Counted from the first letter of the stretch, positions 44,481 to 55,618 are shown. The stretch is 64,000 nt of DNA from Marinobacter alexandrii (GCA_039984955.1 JBDWTN010000008.1:23506-87505); one strand, 5' to 3'. Notes: generated by a model from the sequence alone, not told the origin. Numbers and translations are program-made.

Positions 44481-47079
44481 CGCTACCCTTACTTTTTCAC
44501 TGAAGCTAGTCAAATGGCTTTGCAAGAATGATTTAGTAGAGGAAATTCAAGGCAACCTTGAAGAATACTACCTGCTACTAAGGACTGAGAAAAAATCATT
44601 CTTTTTTGTGAGATACTGGTATCAGGTACTTCATTACATGCGACCCTCATTTCTTCAATTATTCAAACTCAAAAACAAAGGACCTATGTTTAATTTCAAC
44701 CCGAAAATTGCAATACGTAACTTAATGAATCATCGCTCTACAACTATCATAAGCTTATTAGGCTTTGTTGTAGGGCTTACGTCAGTCATATTCCTGTATT
44801 TCTATATAGAGAATGAACTGAATACTGACTCTTTTCACATAGACAAAGATCAGATATATCGTGTAGTCCGAATGGCTTCAAACAATACAGGAGATGTTTA
44901 CCCAGTATCGCCCACTTCAGGACCATATGCTGGAGCATTAGCCAATGATTTCCCGGAGACAGTTCAATCTACAAATCGAGTGCTTTTCGAACGTGGATTG
45001 GTCACATTTGAAGACAAGAGTTTTTACGAGGAAGACATTGTGTTTGCAGATGCCAATTTCTTTACCTTTTTCTCATATCCACTAAAAAAAGGAAATCCTG
45101 CTACCGTGCTTTCTGGAGCAAATGATGTGGTGATAAGCCAGAAGATTGCAGAGAAATATTTTGGAGATGAAGACCCTATTGGAAAGATATTGGATATCGA
45201 TGCAGGTGACTATAAATATACGGTTAGTGGAGTATTTGATGATTTCCCCACTAAATCTCACCTACGATTTGATATGGTATTCTCGATTGATCTGTTCGAT
45301 TCATTCGAGTGGTTTGGTCGCTGGTTCAATCATGGACTCTGCACATACATAAAAGTGAATACTCCTGCAGAAGCAGACTACCTGGAATCTCAGTTTCCAG
45401 ACTTTATGAATAAATATATGGGCGAAGATTTTAAAAGACTTGGGACGCAATGGGGAATAAAGTTGGAGTCGCTTGGTGATCTTTATTTTAATGAGATCAG
45501 ATTTGAATTTCCAGACATTAAGCATGGAAGTACAGTCAATGTAATAACACTTGGCAGTATCGCCTTAGCTATTCTGTTTATTGCATGTTTCAACTACATA
45601 AACCTTTCTATCGCACAATCATATAAGCGTGCAAAAGAAGTGGGAGTACGAAAAGTTTTAGGAGTAGATCAAGGAAGATTAATAGCTCAGTTTCTCGGAG
45701 AGTCACTTGTAATTTTACTCATTTCTGTATTGGCCTCCATATTGTTAAGTGAATTGTTAAAAGGGAGCTTTAATCAATTCTTCGATCTTAATGTCATATT
45801 TAACTGGCAAGACCCGCTTGTTATTGTTTTCTTTTCAAGCCTTTTTATTGTTATCGTTATTGCCTCTGGACTATATCCTGCGCTTTTACTTTCATCATTT
45901 CATCCTTTGAAAGTATTAAAAACAGGAAAACCAGCTTTGGGTAAGAATATCATAGTTAGAAAGGGCTTGGTCATTCTCCAATTCTCTATGTCAATATTTC
46001 TAATAATTGCAACGTCTTTGATTTACATGCAATTAAGTTTTGTTCAAAATAGAGACCTTGGTTTTGATAAGGAAGCGGTGTTGATTATAGAAAGCAACAA
46101 TGCTCCAATTGGCGAAAACCATGAAACTTTTAAAGATCTTTTAAAATCCAGCCGTTTTGTCAAAAGTGTTACTTCCGCTTCAGGAGAGCCTGGAGGGTTT
46201 CATGATAACGCACCTATCGAGATAGATGGAATTGAAGAGCCGGTTCACTTAAACACTATTTTCGCGGATACAGAATACTTAAAGACTTTTGATATCTCGT
46301 TAGTGGCAGGTAGAGCTTTTGATTCAAATATTTCTTCTGACAATGAATCGGTAATGATGATCAACGAAAGTGCTGTTAAATCAACAGGCCTTTCAGCAGA
46401 AGATATTATTGGTAAAAAGGTGAGAGGTTCTTTTTGGAATTTGGATCATAGGATAATTGGAGTCTTTAAGGATTATCATTTTAAAGGCCTCAAAACTGAA
46501 ATTGAACCACTTGTAATTATATCAGGAGATGATGATGCAAGGATTTTTGCAGCAAAAATTGATGCCAATAATCTGAGTGAATCGGTGAAAGAAGTAGAAG
46601 ATATCTATAAGCGAATTTCACCAAATTTTCCAATGAGTAGTCGATTTTTAGATGATTCTATTGCGCAACAGTATGAGGAAGAAGCAAAACAGGCAAGAAT
46701 TTTTACAGGTTTTGCCATTCTCTCCATTTTCTTGGCATGTATGGGAATATTTGGTTTGGCTTCCTTCTCTGCCCAGCAAAGACAGAAAGAATTAAGCATT
46801 CGAAAAGTATTGGGCGCTTCTGTCAAGCAAGTAATCTATTTGATATCGAACGAATTTTTAGTCCTAGTGCTTATATCATCTTTAATGGCAATTCCGTTTT
46901 CGTGGTACTTTGTATCAGGATGGCTTGATGGTTTTGCCTATAGAATAGAGTTATTAAATAGTTGGCCAATTTTTTTACTTGGAGGTGCAATAACAGCAGT
47001 AGTAGCCTTTATAACCATAGGTGCTAAAACGTATAAAACAGCAGCAAGTAATCCTTCTGAAATAATGAGATATGAATAG
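44464..47079 (+). CDS. FtsX/MacB-like ABC transporter permease with PadR-associated N-terminal prefix
   Basis: 871 aa with two FtsX 4-TM modules (..RAKEVGVRKVLG.., ..RQKELSIRKVLGAS..) separated by large periplasmic domains. Its start overlaps the PadR gene. Confidence 0.85.
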   Translation: MSMPIDATLTFSLKLVKWLCKNDLVEEIQGNLEEYYLLLRTEKKSFFFVRYWYQVLHYMRPSFLQLFKLKNKGPMFNFNPKIAIRNLMNHRSTTIISLLGFVVGLTSVIFLYFYIENELNTDSFHIDKDQIYRVVRMASNNTGDVYPVSPTSGPYAGALANDFPETVQSTNRVLFERGLVTFEDKSFYEEDIVFADANFFTFFSYPLKKGNPATVLSGANDVVISQKIAEKYFGDEDPIGKILDIDAGDYKYTVSGVFDDFPTKSHLRFDMVFSIDLFDSFEWFGRWFNHGLCTYIKVNTPAEADYLESQFPDFMNKYMGEDFKRLGTQWGIKLESLGDLYFNEIRFEFPDIKHGSTVNVITLGSIALAILFIACFNYINLSIAQSYKRAKEVGVRKVLGVDQGRLIAQFLGESLVILLISVLASILLSELLKGSFNQFFDLNVIFNWQDPLVIVFFSSLFIVIVIASGLYPALLLSSFHPLKVLKTGKPALGKNIIVRKGLVILQFSMSIFLIIATSLIYMQLSFVQNRDLGFDKEAVLIIESNNAPIGENHETFKDLLKSSRFVKSVTSASGEPGGFHDNAPIEIDGIEEPVHLNTIFADTEYLKTFDISLVAGRAFDSNISSDNESVMMINESAVKSTGLSAEDIIGKKVRGSFWNLDHRIIGVFKDYHFKGLKTEIEPLVIISGDDDARIFAAKIDANNLSESVKEVEDIYKRISPNFPMSSRFLDDSIAQQYEEEAKQARIFTGFAILSIFLACMGIFGLASFSAQQRQKELSIRKVLGASVKQVIYLISNEFLVLVLISSLMAIPFSWYFVSGWLDGFAYRIELLNSWPIFLLGGAITAVVAFITIGAKTYKTAASNPSEIMRYE

Positions 47080-47111
47080 ATAGGAGTAGCTTCAATTTTC
47101 TTAAAACACTT

Positions 47112-47146
47112 AAAGCCCTTGGTTACACATAGATCAAGGGCTTTTT
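47112..47146. terminator. bidirectional hairpin terminator between convergent genes
   Basis: AAGCCCTTG-13 nt-CAAGGGCTT followed by TTTTT on + and preceded by an A-run. The right arm overlaps the last codons of the minus-strand plsC-like gene. Confidence 0.65.
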
Positions 47147-47859
47147 ATGTCAAGCGCCAAGCTCATCTTGTTTACCAAATCGTCCACAGTATCTTTTTCA
47201 TAGTCAATATCCAAAGGCTGACTGAATTTCAATGATAGATCTACACCTTTTTGTAGCCTTTTTAATCCAGTTTTATCAAAAGCTTTTCTAAAACCATCAA
47301 CGCGTACTGGTACAACCACAGGCTTATATTGTTTAATGATATGCGCAGTACCTTTTCTTACAGGCGCACCATCACGTGTTGTACCCTGAGGGAAGGTGAC
47401 AACCCAACCATCTGCTATGGCCATACCAATGGATTTTGTGTCATCTGGATTAACCTCTCGCTTGATCATATCATCTCCTTGTCTCCAGGTTCTGTCTACA
47501 CTTACAGCACCAGCATATGCTAGAATCTTAGGGAACAGTCCTTTTTCCATAGTCTCACGGGCAGCTACATAGTACACATTCACTTTAGGATTTTTCAAAT
47601 AACTTCCATCTGCTATAGAGTTTACTTGTCCATTTAAAGCAGCAAACATGGCATTGTACATAGCAATTACATCTGTGAAAATAGTCTGATGATTTGAAAT
47701 AAATAGAACTCCATGTGCTTGCAGATTCGGAAGCACTTCAGCTCCTGAAATAACGACGTTATTTGGATTCAAAAGTCGCGACCTAACAAAGCTGCCAACT
47801 ACTCTAAAAATCTTCTTCTTAAGCCATATTTTTTGACCGAATACATTCTTTTTAGACAT
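47134..47859 (-). CDS. plsC: 1-acyl-sn-glycerol-3-phosphate (lysophospholipid) acyltransferase
   Basis: HX4D motif NHQTIFTD and FPQGTT block typical of the PlsC/LPLAT family. Confidence 0.75.
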   Translation of the reverse strand: MSKKNVFGQKIWLKKKIFRVVGSFVRSRLLNPNNVVISGAEVLPNLQAHGVLFISNHQTIFTDVIAMYNAMFAALNGQVNSIADGSYLKNPKVNVYYVAARETMEKGLFPKILAYAGAVSVDRTWRQGDDMIKREVNPDDTKSIGMAIADGWVVTFPQGTTRDGAPVRKGTAHIIKQYKPVVVPVRVDGFRKAFDKTGLKRLQKGVDLSLKFSQPLDIDYEKDTVDDLVNKMSLALDIKSP

Positions 47860-47900
47860 ACAGTTTTTCTAATTCCTAAACTACAAAGCTCAAAGGTAGA

Positions 47901-47929
47901 TAAAACAAAACCCCGCATCTAGCGGGGTT
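47901..47929 (-). terminator. rho-independent terminator for the upstream minus-strand permease gene
   Basis: On the minus strand it reads AACCCCGC-tagat-GCGGGGTT followed by TTGTTTT. Confidence 0.7.
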
Positions 47930-48040
47930 CTATAGTAGAGTAGGTGATCGGGCGTTTCTTCATTCTACCAAAACGATCTATAATAAAACCTTAAACTATC
48001 AGAAAGACGTTTTACCATTCACAAAGAGCATTATAATATG

Positions 48041-50497
48041 CTATTCATCTCTCAAAGAATCAATGGGATTAGTCTTAATAGTACTTAAGATCTTAGACAT
48101 GATACTTAGAATTGCCATTCCTATTACAAAGACTACCGGTATTACGAAGAACCACCAACCAAGATCAATTCTGAACGTGTAGCTTTCTAACCATTTGTTC
48201 ATGATTAAATAGGCAACAGGGACACTTAATATGCATGCTATTCCAGTTAAAATCAGATATTCTTTTGATAAGAGAAGCACCAGATGCTTAGCTGAAGCTC
48301 CTAGCGCTTTTCTAATCCCAATCTCTTTTGTTCGTTGTTGGATGGTGAATGATGTTAATCCAAACAAACCTAAACAAGCAATCAAGATTGCAAGTGAAGA
48401 GAATCCACTAAAAATCTTTCCGAAGCGGACGTCTTCTGTGTATTGCTCATCGAAGGCGCTATCTAAGAAAAAGTAGTTCATCTGATAATCAGTAAATACA
48501 TTGTTCCACTCACCTTTAACGGAGCTTACTAAGTCAGCAAGCTGATTACTTCTAGAAGCCCCCTTTGTGTCATCCAGCTTCATTTTTATGAAGTAATATT
48601 CTGTCCAGGAGCTCAATATATAAGCTAGCGGTTGATAATCGTCATGTAAAGATGTGTGGTGATGATTCTCTAAAACGCCTCTTACGGTAAGAGGTGCAAA
48701 GAACCCTGATAACTCAGCACCCAAAGCATCATCAGGTGTGTCAAATCCTAATTGTTCTGCCAGCTTTTGATTGATAACCACATCTTGTTTAGTCCATGGA
48801 TCATCACCTTCCCTCAATGCTCTACCAGCAATTACATCAATTCCAAAAAATGATGGAAAGTCTGTGTCCATAGAAATCAAACCAGTCTGAACTGAATTTG
48901 CTCTGGATTCATTTTTTAGGTAGATGCTTGTACCCCATCCCACCTGCTCTCCTGGGATTTCCCCAGCATTAGTAATTTCGGCAATACCACTTTGCTTAAG
49001 AAGCTCCGTTTTCAGAGTTCTGAAGCGATCTACGTCTTCTCGTTGCTCGGAACCAACATCTCCTGGAGGTGACTGAATGACTAGAATATTTTCTATCTCA
49101 ATTCCAAGATCCGCATCCCGCATGTAGTTTATTTGATTGTAAATGGTAATTGTCCCCGCTATAAGAATGAAGGTGATTACAAACTGAACAAATACGAGCC
49201 CTTTTCGCAATTTAGTCCCACCTACTTTGCCTCTTTGACCTACTAGGACATTAACCATATTAATAGTCTTTAATAATGCATAAGGATAGAACCCTATAAG
49301 TAGAGTCCCAACCACTATTAATCCTCCTAGCAATAGAAGTATTTCCATATTCATCAAGGCTGATATAGGAAGGCCAGTAATTTCGAGTAGATATTTTTCT
49401 CCTATTTGAGTGATAAGAAGTGCGAAACCAAAAGCAATTGCATTCATGATGAATGCCTCAAGTACAAAAAGCTGAGTAATCTGTTTCATCGAAGATCCCA
49501 TGCATTTCCTGATCCCCATTTCCTTCAATCGCTCGATTGTACGAATAAGAGATAAATTCATATAATTAATCCAGGCGATTACAAGAATGATAATGGCTAT
49601 CAAACTTAATATTAAGATGATTTTCCCATCAAGCCCTGCTCGAAAAATGTCCGCACTTTCTTGATCTAAATGGATTTCAGTGATTGGTTGAAAATAGTAA
49701 TCTACTGAATAACCACTCTTGCCTATTGATTGCTTAATGTTTTGATCATATAGGTTTTTCACTTCATCAAGAACCTGACCTTTTTGGCCGGGCTCTTCCA
49801 GCATCACATAAGATATCATTCCGTTTTGAGTCCAGCTATTTCTTCCCTTAGAGTAATTGTCAAGAGAAGGAAAGGAGAGGAGCAGTTCGAAACTGAGATG
49901 AGAGTTATCTGGAACGTCTTTTATAACCCCAACCAATTCATACTCATGAGTACCATTATTTCCGCTTAAAGTAAACTTTGAACCAATGGCTTTTTGAGGA
50001 TCATCAAAGTATTTAACTGAAGCACTTTCTGATAGAATAGCTTTTTGTGGCTCATCGAACTTCTGACTTCCACCGGCTACAAACTCAAGGTCGAATATAT
50101 CGAAAAGTCCGCTTTCAGTAACATATACTTGACTTTGCTTAAAATTAACCTGCTTCTCATTGTAGTTATAAATGATCGTATTATTCGCATAGTTATAATC
50201 ATAAAAACGGGCAATGCTTTGTACTTGTGGCACTGTTTCTTTCAATGTATATGCCAACATTGCAGGAGTTGAGGCAGTTTTTCCCAATGATTCACCACTC
50301 TTATATGCCTCTCCTTCAATACGGAAGGTTCTTTCAGAATTAGAATGAAATTTGTCGAATGATTTATGAAAGCTGACATATTGGGCAATAACGAGACATG
50401 CTGCCATCCCTAAGGCGAGACCGAAGATATTGATGAAAGAAAATATTTTGTTCTTTTTAATCTGCCGAAAGATCGTTGTTAGATAGTTCTTAAGCAT
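48041..50497 (-). CDS. FtsX/MacB-like ABC transporter permease
   Basis: 818 aa, same duplicated FtsX architecture (..RLKEMGIRKCMGSS.., ..RTKEIGIRKALGAS..). Paralogue of 44464-47079. Confidence 0.85.
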   Translation of the reverse strand: MLKNYLTTIFRQIKKNKIFSFINIFGLALGMAACLVIAQYVSFHKSFDKFHSNSERTFRIEGEAYKSGESLGKTASTPAMLAYTLKETVPQVQSIARFYDYNYANNTIIYNYNEKQVNFKQSQVYVTESGLFDIFDLEFVAGGSQKFDEPQKAILSESASVKYFDDPQKAIGSKFTLSGNNGTHEYELVGVIKDVPDNSHLSFELLLSFPSLDNYSKGRNSWTQNGMISYVMLEEPGQKGQVLDEVKNLYDQNIKQSIGKSGYSVDYYFQPITEIHLDQESADIFRAGLDGKIILILSLIAIIILVIAWINYMNLSLIRTIERLKEMGIRKCMGSSMKQITQLFVLEAFIMNAIAFGFALLITQIGEKYLLEITGLPISALMNMEILLLLGGLIVVGTLLIGFYPYALLKTINMVNVLVGQRGKVGGTKLRKGLVFVQFVITFILIAGTITIYNQINYMRDADLGIEIENILVIQSPPGDVGSEQREDVDRFRTLKTELLKQSGIAEITNAGEIPGEQVGWGTSIYLKNESRANSVQTGLISMDTDFPSFFGIDVIAGRALREGDDPWTKQDVVINQKLAEQLGFDTPDDALGAELSGFFAPLTVRGVLENHHHTSLHDDYQPLAYILSSWTEYYFIKMKLDDTKGASRSNQLADLVSSVKGEWNNVFTDYQMNYFFLDSAFDEQYTEDVRFGKIFSGFSSLAILIACLGLFGLTSFTIQQRTKEIGIRKALGASAKHLVLLLSKEYLILTGIACILSVPVAYLIMNKWLESYTFRIDLGWWFFVIPVVFVIGMAILSIMSKILSTIKTNPIDSLRDE

Positions 50498-50605
50498 TAG
50501 TCAAGAGGTTTTGGTAGACTATATAGTTAATAAGAAGTATGCCAAGATCTTAAAAATCTGATTTTCAAGCATTTATATTTTTTTTAAATGAATTATTGTT
50601 CGCTG

Positions 50606-50630
50606 ACGCACAATATGGTGTGCGTTTTTT
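50606..50630 (+). terminator. orphan intrinsic-terminator-like hairpin in a divergent promoter region
   Basis: ACGCACA-atatgg-TGTGCGT followed by TTTTT. It lies upstream of a TATATTTG (-7-like) box at 50656-50663 and the ATG at 50688. Confidence 0.45.
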
Positions 50631-50687
50631 AGTTTAAATGTGCCTTGAAGACACCTATATTTGTCCAAAATCTCATAAAAGTTCAGA

Positions 50688-51854
50688 ATGAAAGCATATA
50701 TATTCTTATTCTTTCTCATCCCAATTTCCTTGACTGCTCAAATAACATTTGAGGAAGGCACATGGGAAGAGTCGTTAAGAAAAGCTAAACAACAAAATAA
50801 GTTAATCTTCCTTGATGCTTATGCAGAATGGTGCGAGCCATGTAAGGAGATGGAGGAGTATACATTCTCTGATTTAGAAGTTTCCAATTACTACAATTCA
50901 AACTTCATAAATGTCCATATGGATATGGAGGATTATCCAGGGGTAGAGCTTGCAGAACATTATACCGTAAGCGTATTTCCGTCTCTATTATTTATTGATG
51001 GAGATGGTAAAGTAATTCATCGCGGATGCGGTGCTATGGATGCTACTCAATTTCTAGACCTGGCTAATGAGGCGCTATCTGATAGCAAGACATTAGCATC
51101 ATTAGAGAATAGATATGATCAAGGGGATAGATCTGTCGACTTCATGCTTGATTATCTGGAACTATTGGAAGAAGCTTGCTTAGATGCAGAAAAATTTGCA
51201 AGTAATTACCTGAACAGTGTCAACGTAAATGATTTAGCAAATGAAACTGCATGGGAGGTTTTCGCTACCTATCAATGGGATATTTATAGTCGTGAATTTC
51301 AGTATGTTCAAAAAAATAAACCTGCATTTGAAAATAAGCTTGGTCAGGATATAGTCGATGCAAAATTGTATGATACTTACCTTTCTCAGTATCAGGAAAT
51401 ATTTGAATCGGAGGAATTGCATGATTTTGCAATGCGCGCGCTTTTACATCAGATGAAGGATATATCCTTTGTTGGATCAGACACTTTGAAATTGATGATG
51501 AACCTTCACTATGCAGAGTTTACGGAGAATTGGATCAGTTATGCTGATTTCGCAATAGAGTTAGTAGGTATGACAGAAATTGAAGATCCTGATCAATTAA
51601 ATGAACTAGCGTGGAAATTTTATCTTTTTGTAGAAAATAGAAATCAATTGGAAATAGCTTCTTCATGGGCTCAACAAGCGGTCGACGAGCTTCCAGAACC
51701 TTCAAACATAGATACTTATGCTTCACTTCAGTTTAAGCTAGGCAACAAGAAAAAGGCAATAGAGCTAGAAAAACGCGCACTTGAATTAGCTCAAGAATTA
51801 TACGATGATACTTCCCATTACAAGCATCAACTGAAAAAATTTGAAGGGGAATAA
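50688..51854 (+). CDS. secreted thioredoxin-fold protein with C-terminal helical (TPR-like) domain
   Basis: Signal peptide MKAYIFLFFLIPISLTAQ and thioredoxin-like WCEPC motif. The helical C-terminal half ends with TPR-like FKLGNKKKAIELEKRALELA. Confidence 0.75.
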   Translation: MKAYIFLFFLIPISLTAQITFEEGTWEESLRKAKQQNKLIFLDAYAEWCEPCKEMEEYTFSDLEVSNYYNSNFINVHMDMEDYPGVELAEHYTVSVFPSLLFIDGDGKVIHRGCGAMDATQFLDLANEALSDSKTLASLENRYDQGDRSVDFMLDYLELLEEACLDAEKFASNYLNSVNVNDLANETAWEVFATYQWDIYSREFQYVQKNKPAFENKLGQDIVDAKLYDTYLSQYQEIFESEELHDFAMRALLHQMKDISFVGSDTLKLMMNLHYAEFTENWISYADFAIELVGMTEIEDPDQLNELAWKFYLFVENRNQLEIASSWAQQAVDELPEPSNIDTYASLQFKLGNKKKAIELEKRALELAQELYDDTSHYKHQLKKFEGE

Positions 51855-51884
51855 GAGCCTCTTCTTAGATAGAAGCTCCTACAA

Positions 51885-51921
51885 ATAAAAAAGCCCACAA
51901 ATATATGCGGGCTTCATCTTT
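51885..51921. terminator. bidirectional terminator between convergent genes
   Basis: The A-run AATAAAA precedes AAGCCC-acaaatatatgc-GGGCTT, followed by CATCTTTT. It can serve both the + gene ending at 51854 and sdhB ending at 51935. Confidence 0.65.
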
Positions 51922-51934
51922 TATATGTGATTCT

Positions 51935-52696
51935 TTAGCTTATGCTACTTTTCAAGTACTCTCTATTCATCCTGGCGATGTTTTCTAGAGAAATTCCTTT
52001 AGGACATTCTACCTCGCAAGCTCCGGTATTAGAACAGTTCCCAAAACCTTCTTCGTCCATTTGCTTCACCATATTTTGCGCTCGCTCTTTAGCTTCAACT
52101 TTACCTTGAGGCAGGAGTGATAGCTGAGATACTTTAGCTGAGACAAATAGCATAGCAGAAGCATTCTTGCAGGAAGCAACACAAGCTCCGCATCCAATAC
52201 ATGTAGCGGCATCAAATGCTTTGTCAGCATCATGTTTATCGATTGGGATAGCATTCGCATCTTGCGTATTACCGGAAGTATTTACACTAATAAAACCTCC
52301 CGCATTCATTACTCGGTCAAAAGCGCTTCTATCTACAACCAAATCCTTTATTACCGGAAAAGCTTTTGCCCTCCACGGCTCAACATAAATAGTATCTCCA
52401 TCATTGAAAGATCTCATATGTAGTTGGCAAGTAGTCATCCTTCTGCCAGGACCATGTGCTTCACCATTGATATACATAGAACAACTTCCGCAGATACCTT
52501 CACGACAATCATGATCAAATGCGATAGGCTCATCACCTGAATCTACCAATTGTTCATTCAAAATATCCATCATCTCAAGGAAAGAACTATCTATGGAAAT
52601 ATTAGAAACCTGATAAGTCTCCATTTTTCCTTGATCTTTGTCACTTTTCTGTCTCCAGACCTTTAGTGTAAGGTTTAATTCTTTTGCTGCTGACAT
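51935..52696 (-). CDS. sdhB: succinate dehydrogenase/fumarate reductase iron-sulfur subunit
   Basis: The 2Fe-2S cluster motif is [11 protein letters not shown]. The 4Fe-4S/3Fe-4S Cys clusters are [11 protein letters not shown] and [12 protein letters not shown]. Confidence 0.93.
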   Translation of the reverse strand: MSAAKELNLTLKVWRQKSDKDQGKMETYQVSNISIDSSFLEMMDILNEQLVDSGDEPIAFDHDCREGICGSCSMYINGEAHGPGRRMTTCQLHMRSFNDGDTIYVEPWRAKAFPVIKDLVVDRSAFDRVMNAGGFISVNTSGNTQDANAIPIDKHDADKAFDAATCIGCGACVASCKNASAMLFVSAKVSQLSLLPQGKVEAKERAQNMVKQMDEEGFGNCSNTGACEVECPKGISLENIARMNREYLKSSIS

Positions 52697-52703
52697 ATTT
52701 TTA

Positions 52704-54713
52704 TTATTTGTAAGAACGAGTCTTCAACTCAATGTTCTCGTATTTCAAATCTTCTTTGTGTAGTTTGGCTTTAGATGGTTCACCTGTATATTCCCATGCT
52801 GATACATAAGTAAATCCTTTATCATCTCTAACAGCCTCACCTTCTTCTGTTTGGTACTCCTCTCTGAAATGACCACCACAGGATTCATTACGTTCTAATG
52901 CATCTCTGGCAAATAATTCCCCTAGTTCTAGGAAGTCAGCCACTCTGCCAGCCTTTTCCAGTTCTTGGTTAATACCATCTGCTGAACCCGGTACTTTCAC
53001 TTCTTTCCAAAATTGCTCACGTAATTCTTTGATCTCTTTGATAGCATCTTTCAAACCTTTTTCGTTTCTGGCCATTCCAACCTGATTCCACATAATCTTA
53101 CCCAATCGCCTGTGGAAGTAATCAACCGAATGCTCACCTTTATTAGTTACGAAAAATTCAATACGCTCACGAACGACCTTTTCTGCTTCATTAAATTCCT
53201 TGCTGTCCGTCGATATTGCACCCGTTCGAATATCATCCGCTAGGTAATCCCCTATAGTGTAAGGAATCACAAAGTATCCGTCAGCAAGACCTTGCATCAG
53301 TGCTGATGCACCAAGTCTATTTGCTCCATGGTCTGAGAAATTAGCCTCACCAAGTGCGTAACAACCAGGAATAGTGGTCATCAAATTATAATCTACCCAC
53401 ACACCTCCCATGGTATAATGCACCGCAGGATATATCTTCATTGGAGTCTTATATGGATTGTCACCACTAATATTTTGGTACATTTCAAACAAGTTACCAT
53501 ACTTGGCTTCAACCACCTTTTCACCAAGCTCTCTCACTTTGGTATCAGAAGCATCATGGATACCTTTTACATTCGCTTCTTCCTGCCCATAGCGCATGAT
53601 GGCAGCATCAAAATCTAAATAAACTGCTTCACCTGTTTCATTAGTGCCTACCCCAAAACCGGCATCACTACGTTCTTTAGCAGCTCTGGAAGCCACATCT
53701 CTTGGAACCAGATTACCAAAGGATGGGTACCTTCTCTCCAAATAATAATCCCTATCCTCTTCTTTGAGGTCAGTAGGTTTTAGTTTACCAGCCCTTATGG
53801 CTTCAGCATCTTCTTTTTTAGCAGGCACCCAAATACGACCGTCATTCCTCAAAGATTCCGACATCAAGGTGAGCTTAGATTGCTGTTCACCATGTTGTGG
53901 AATACAGGTAGGATGGATCTGTGTGAAGGAAGGATTTGCGAAATAAGCACCCTTTTTATGAATTTTCCATCCTGCACTCACATTTGACCCCATCGCATTG
54001 GTTGACAGGAAAAAAACATTTCCATAACCTCCTGAAGCGATAATTACGGCATGTGCAGAGTGCCTTTCAATTTCTCCCGTGACAAGGTTTCTTGCTATAA
54101 TACCTCTGGCTTTACCATCTACCATTACGAGATCCATCATTTCATGACGGTTAAACATCTCGATTTTACCTTTGCCTATCTGACGAGACATGGCAGAGTA
54201 TGCACCTAAAAGAAGTTGCTGACCCGTTTGACCTTTAGCATAGAAGGTTCTCGAAACTTGTACTCCTCCAAACGACCTGTTATCTAATAACCCTCCATAA
54301 TCTCTGGCAAAAGGAACTCCTTGAGCTACGCATTGGTCGATGATATTTGTAGATACTTCGGCTAGTCTATATACGTTGGCTTCTCGAGACCTATAGTCAC
54401 CTCCTTTGACAGTATCATAAAAAAGACGATAAGTAGAATCACCATCTCCTTGATAATTTTTTGCTGCATTGATGCCTCCTTGTGCCGCAATTGAGTGTGC
54501 CCTTCTTGGTGAATCCTGATAGCAAAATGCTTTCACATTGTAACCAAGCTCAGCAAGAGTAGCTGCAGCTGATCCACCAGCTAGGCCTGTACCAACGACA
54601 ATCACATCAATGGATCGTTTGTTAGCAGGATTGACTAGTTTAATATTGTTTTTATGATTGGTCCACTTTTCAGCTATTGGACCTTCAGGTATTTTAGAAT
54701 CTAATGTTGACAT
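52704..54713 (-). CDS. sdhA: succinate dehydrogenase/fumarate reductase flavoprotein subunit
   Basis: FAD motif [14 protein letters not shown], covalent-FAD His region [14 protein letters not shown], and active-site HPT/HYTMGG blocks. Confidence 0.95.
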   Translation of the reverse strand: MSTLDSKIPEGPIAEKWTNHKNNIKLVNPANKRSIDVIVVGTGLAGGSAAATLAELGYNVKAFCYQDSPRRAHSIAAQGGINAAKNYQGDGDSTYRLFYDTVKGGDYRSREANVYRLAEVSTNIIDQCVAQGVPFARDYGGLLDNRSFGGVQVSRTFYAKGQTGQQLLLGAYSAMSRQIGKGKIEMFNRHEMMDLVMVDGKARGIIARNLVTGEIERHSAHAVIIASGGYGNVFFLSTNAMGSNVSAGWKIHKKGAYFANPSFTQIHPTCIPQHGEQQSKLTLMSESLRNDGRIWVPAKKEDAEAIRAGKLKPTDLKEEDRDYYLERRYPSFGNLVPRDVASRAAKERSDAGFGVGTNETGEAVYLDFDAAIMRYGQEEANVKGIHDASDTKVRELGEKVVEAKYGNLFEMYQNISGDNPYKTPMKIYPAVHYTMGGVWVDYNLMTTIPGCYALGEANFSDHGANRLGASALMQGLADGYFVIPYTIGDYLADDIRTGAISTDSKEFNEAEKVVRERIEFFVTNKGEHSVDYFHRRLGKIMWNQVGMARNEKGLKDAIKEIKELREQFWKEVKVPGSADGINQELEKAGRVADFLELGELFARDALERNESCGGHFREEYQTEEGEAVRDDKGFTYVSAWEYTGEPSKAKLHKEDLKYENIELKTRSYK

Positions 54714-54725
54714 GCCTCTTATTTC

Positions 54726-55394
54726 TTAAAGGGAATTGACATAATGAAAAACAGCAATGAAGATGAACCCAATTGGAATCAAAATCGCATAAGCACGACC
54801 AATTTTTTGAATAGTCGGAGTGTATTTATCGTGGCGCGCACCCATCGATTGAAAAGCAGACTGGAATCCGTGAAGTAAATGCAAAGCAAGAAATACGAAT
54901 GACAGACAATAAACGATTACTCGACCAGGACTAGTAAACATGTGAACCACTTCTTCATAGTAGCGATTTGGATCTTCCGGATTCATTTCAATGTATTTGT
55001 AATTCATTTCTGGGATCCAGAAATCGTAGAAATGAAATAATAGAAAAAGGAGAATGAATAATCCGCTCCAAATCATATTTCTCGACATCCATGAAGAATT
55101 AGCAGCTCCGTTATTCTTAGCATACTTAATTGCACGTGAATTTCGATTCTTAATTTCCAACACAAATCCCATGATGAAGTGAAAAGTCACACCAAACATA
55201 AGAATTGGCTGCATCACAAATTGTATCAACGGATTAGTGCCCATAAAATGAGATAGTTCGTTGAATGTTTTTTCACTAAATACAGAAGTGAAATTTATTG
55301 TGAAATGCTGCAATAGAAATATGATCAGGAATAGCGCAGAAAGTGCCATGGCGAATTTTCTACCAATGCTGCCTGAAAAAAGTTGCTTGCTCAT
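54726..55394 (-). CDS. sdhC: succinate dehydrogenase cytochrome b subunit (b558 family)
   Basis: 222 aa, 5 TM helices with conserved His residues. First gene of the sdhCAB operon. Confidence 0.85.
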   Translation of the reverse strand: MSKQLFSGSIGRKFAMALSALFLIIFLLQHFTINFTSVFSEKTFNELSHFMGTNPLIQFVMQPILMFGVTFHFIMGFVLEIKNRNSRAIKYAKNNGAANSSWMSRNMIWSGLFILLFLLFHFYDFWIPEMNYKYIEMNPEDPNRYYEEVVHMFTSPGRVIVYCLSFVFLALHLLHGFQSAFQSMGARHDKYTPTIQKIGRAYAILIPIGFIFIAVFHYVNSL

Positions 55395-55618
55395 TTAAAT
55401 TGGGTTATTGGATTTTAGCCAAAGGTAAATTCAGAAAGCTTGTCTGGCAATTCAAATTTCTTTTTTGACTGGTTCTAAATAATAAATCTATCTCAAGAGT
55501 AAGTATTAAAACTTTAAGTGTTGTTGAAATAAATAACCAGTCAAGCACAATTCTTGTTTGGTAAATATTCGTTATGTATTAAAGCTTTTTAGTTTTACGT
55601 AAGTTTAACCTAGTTTCT

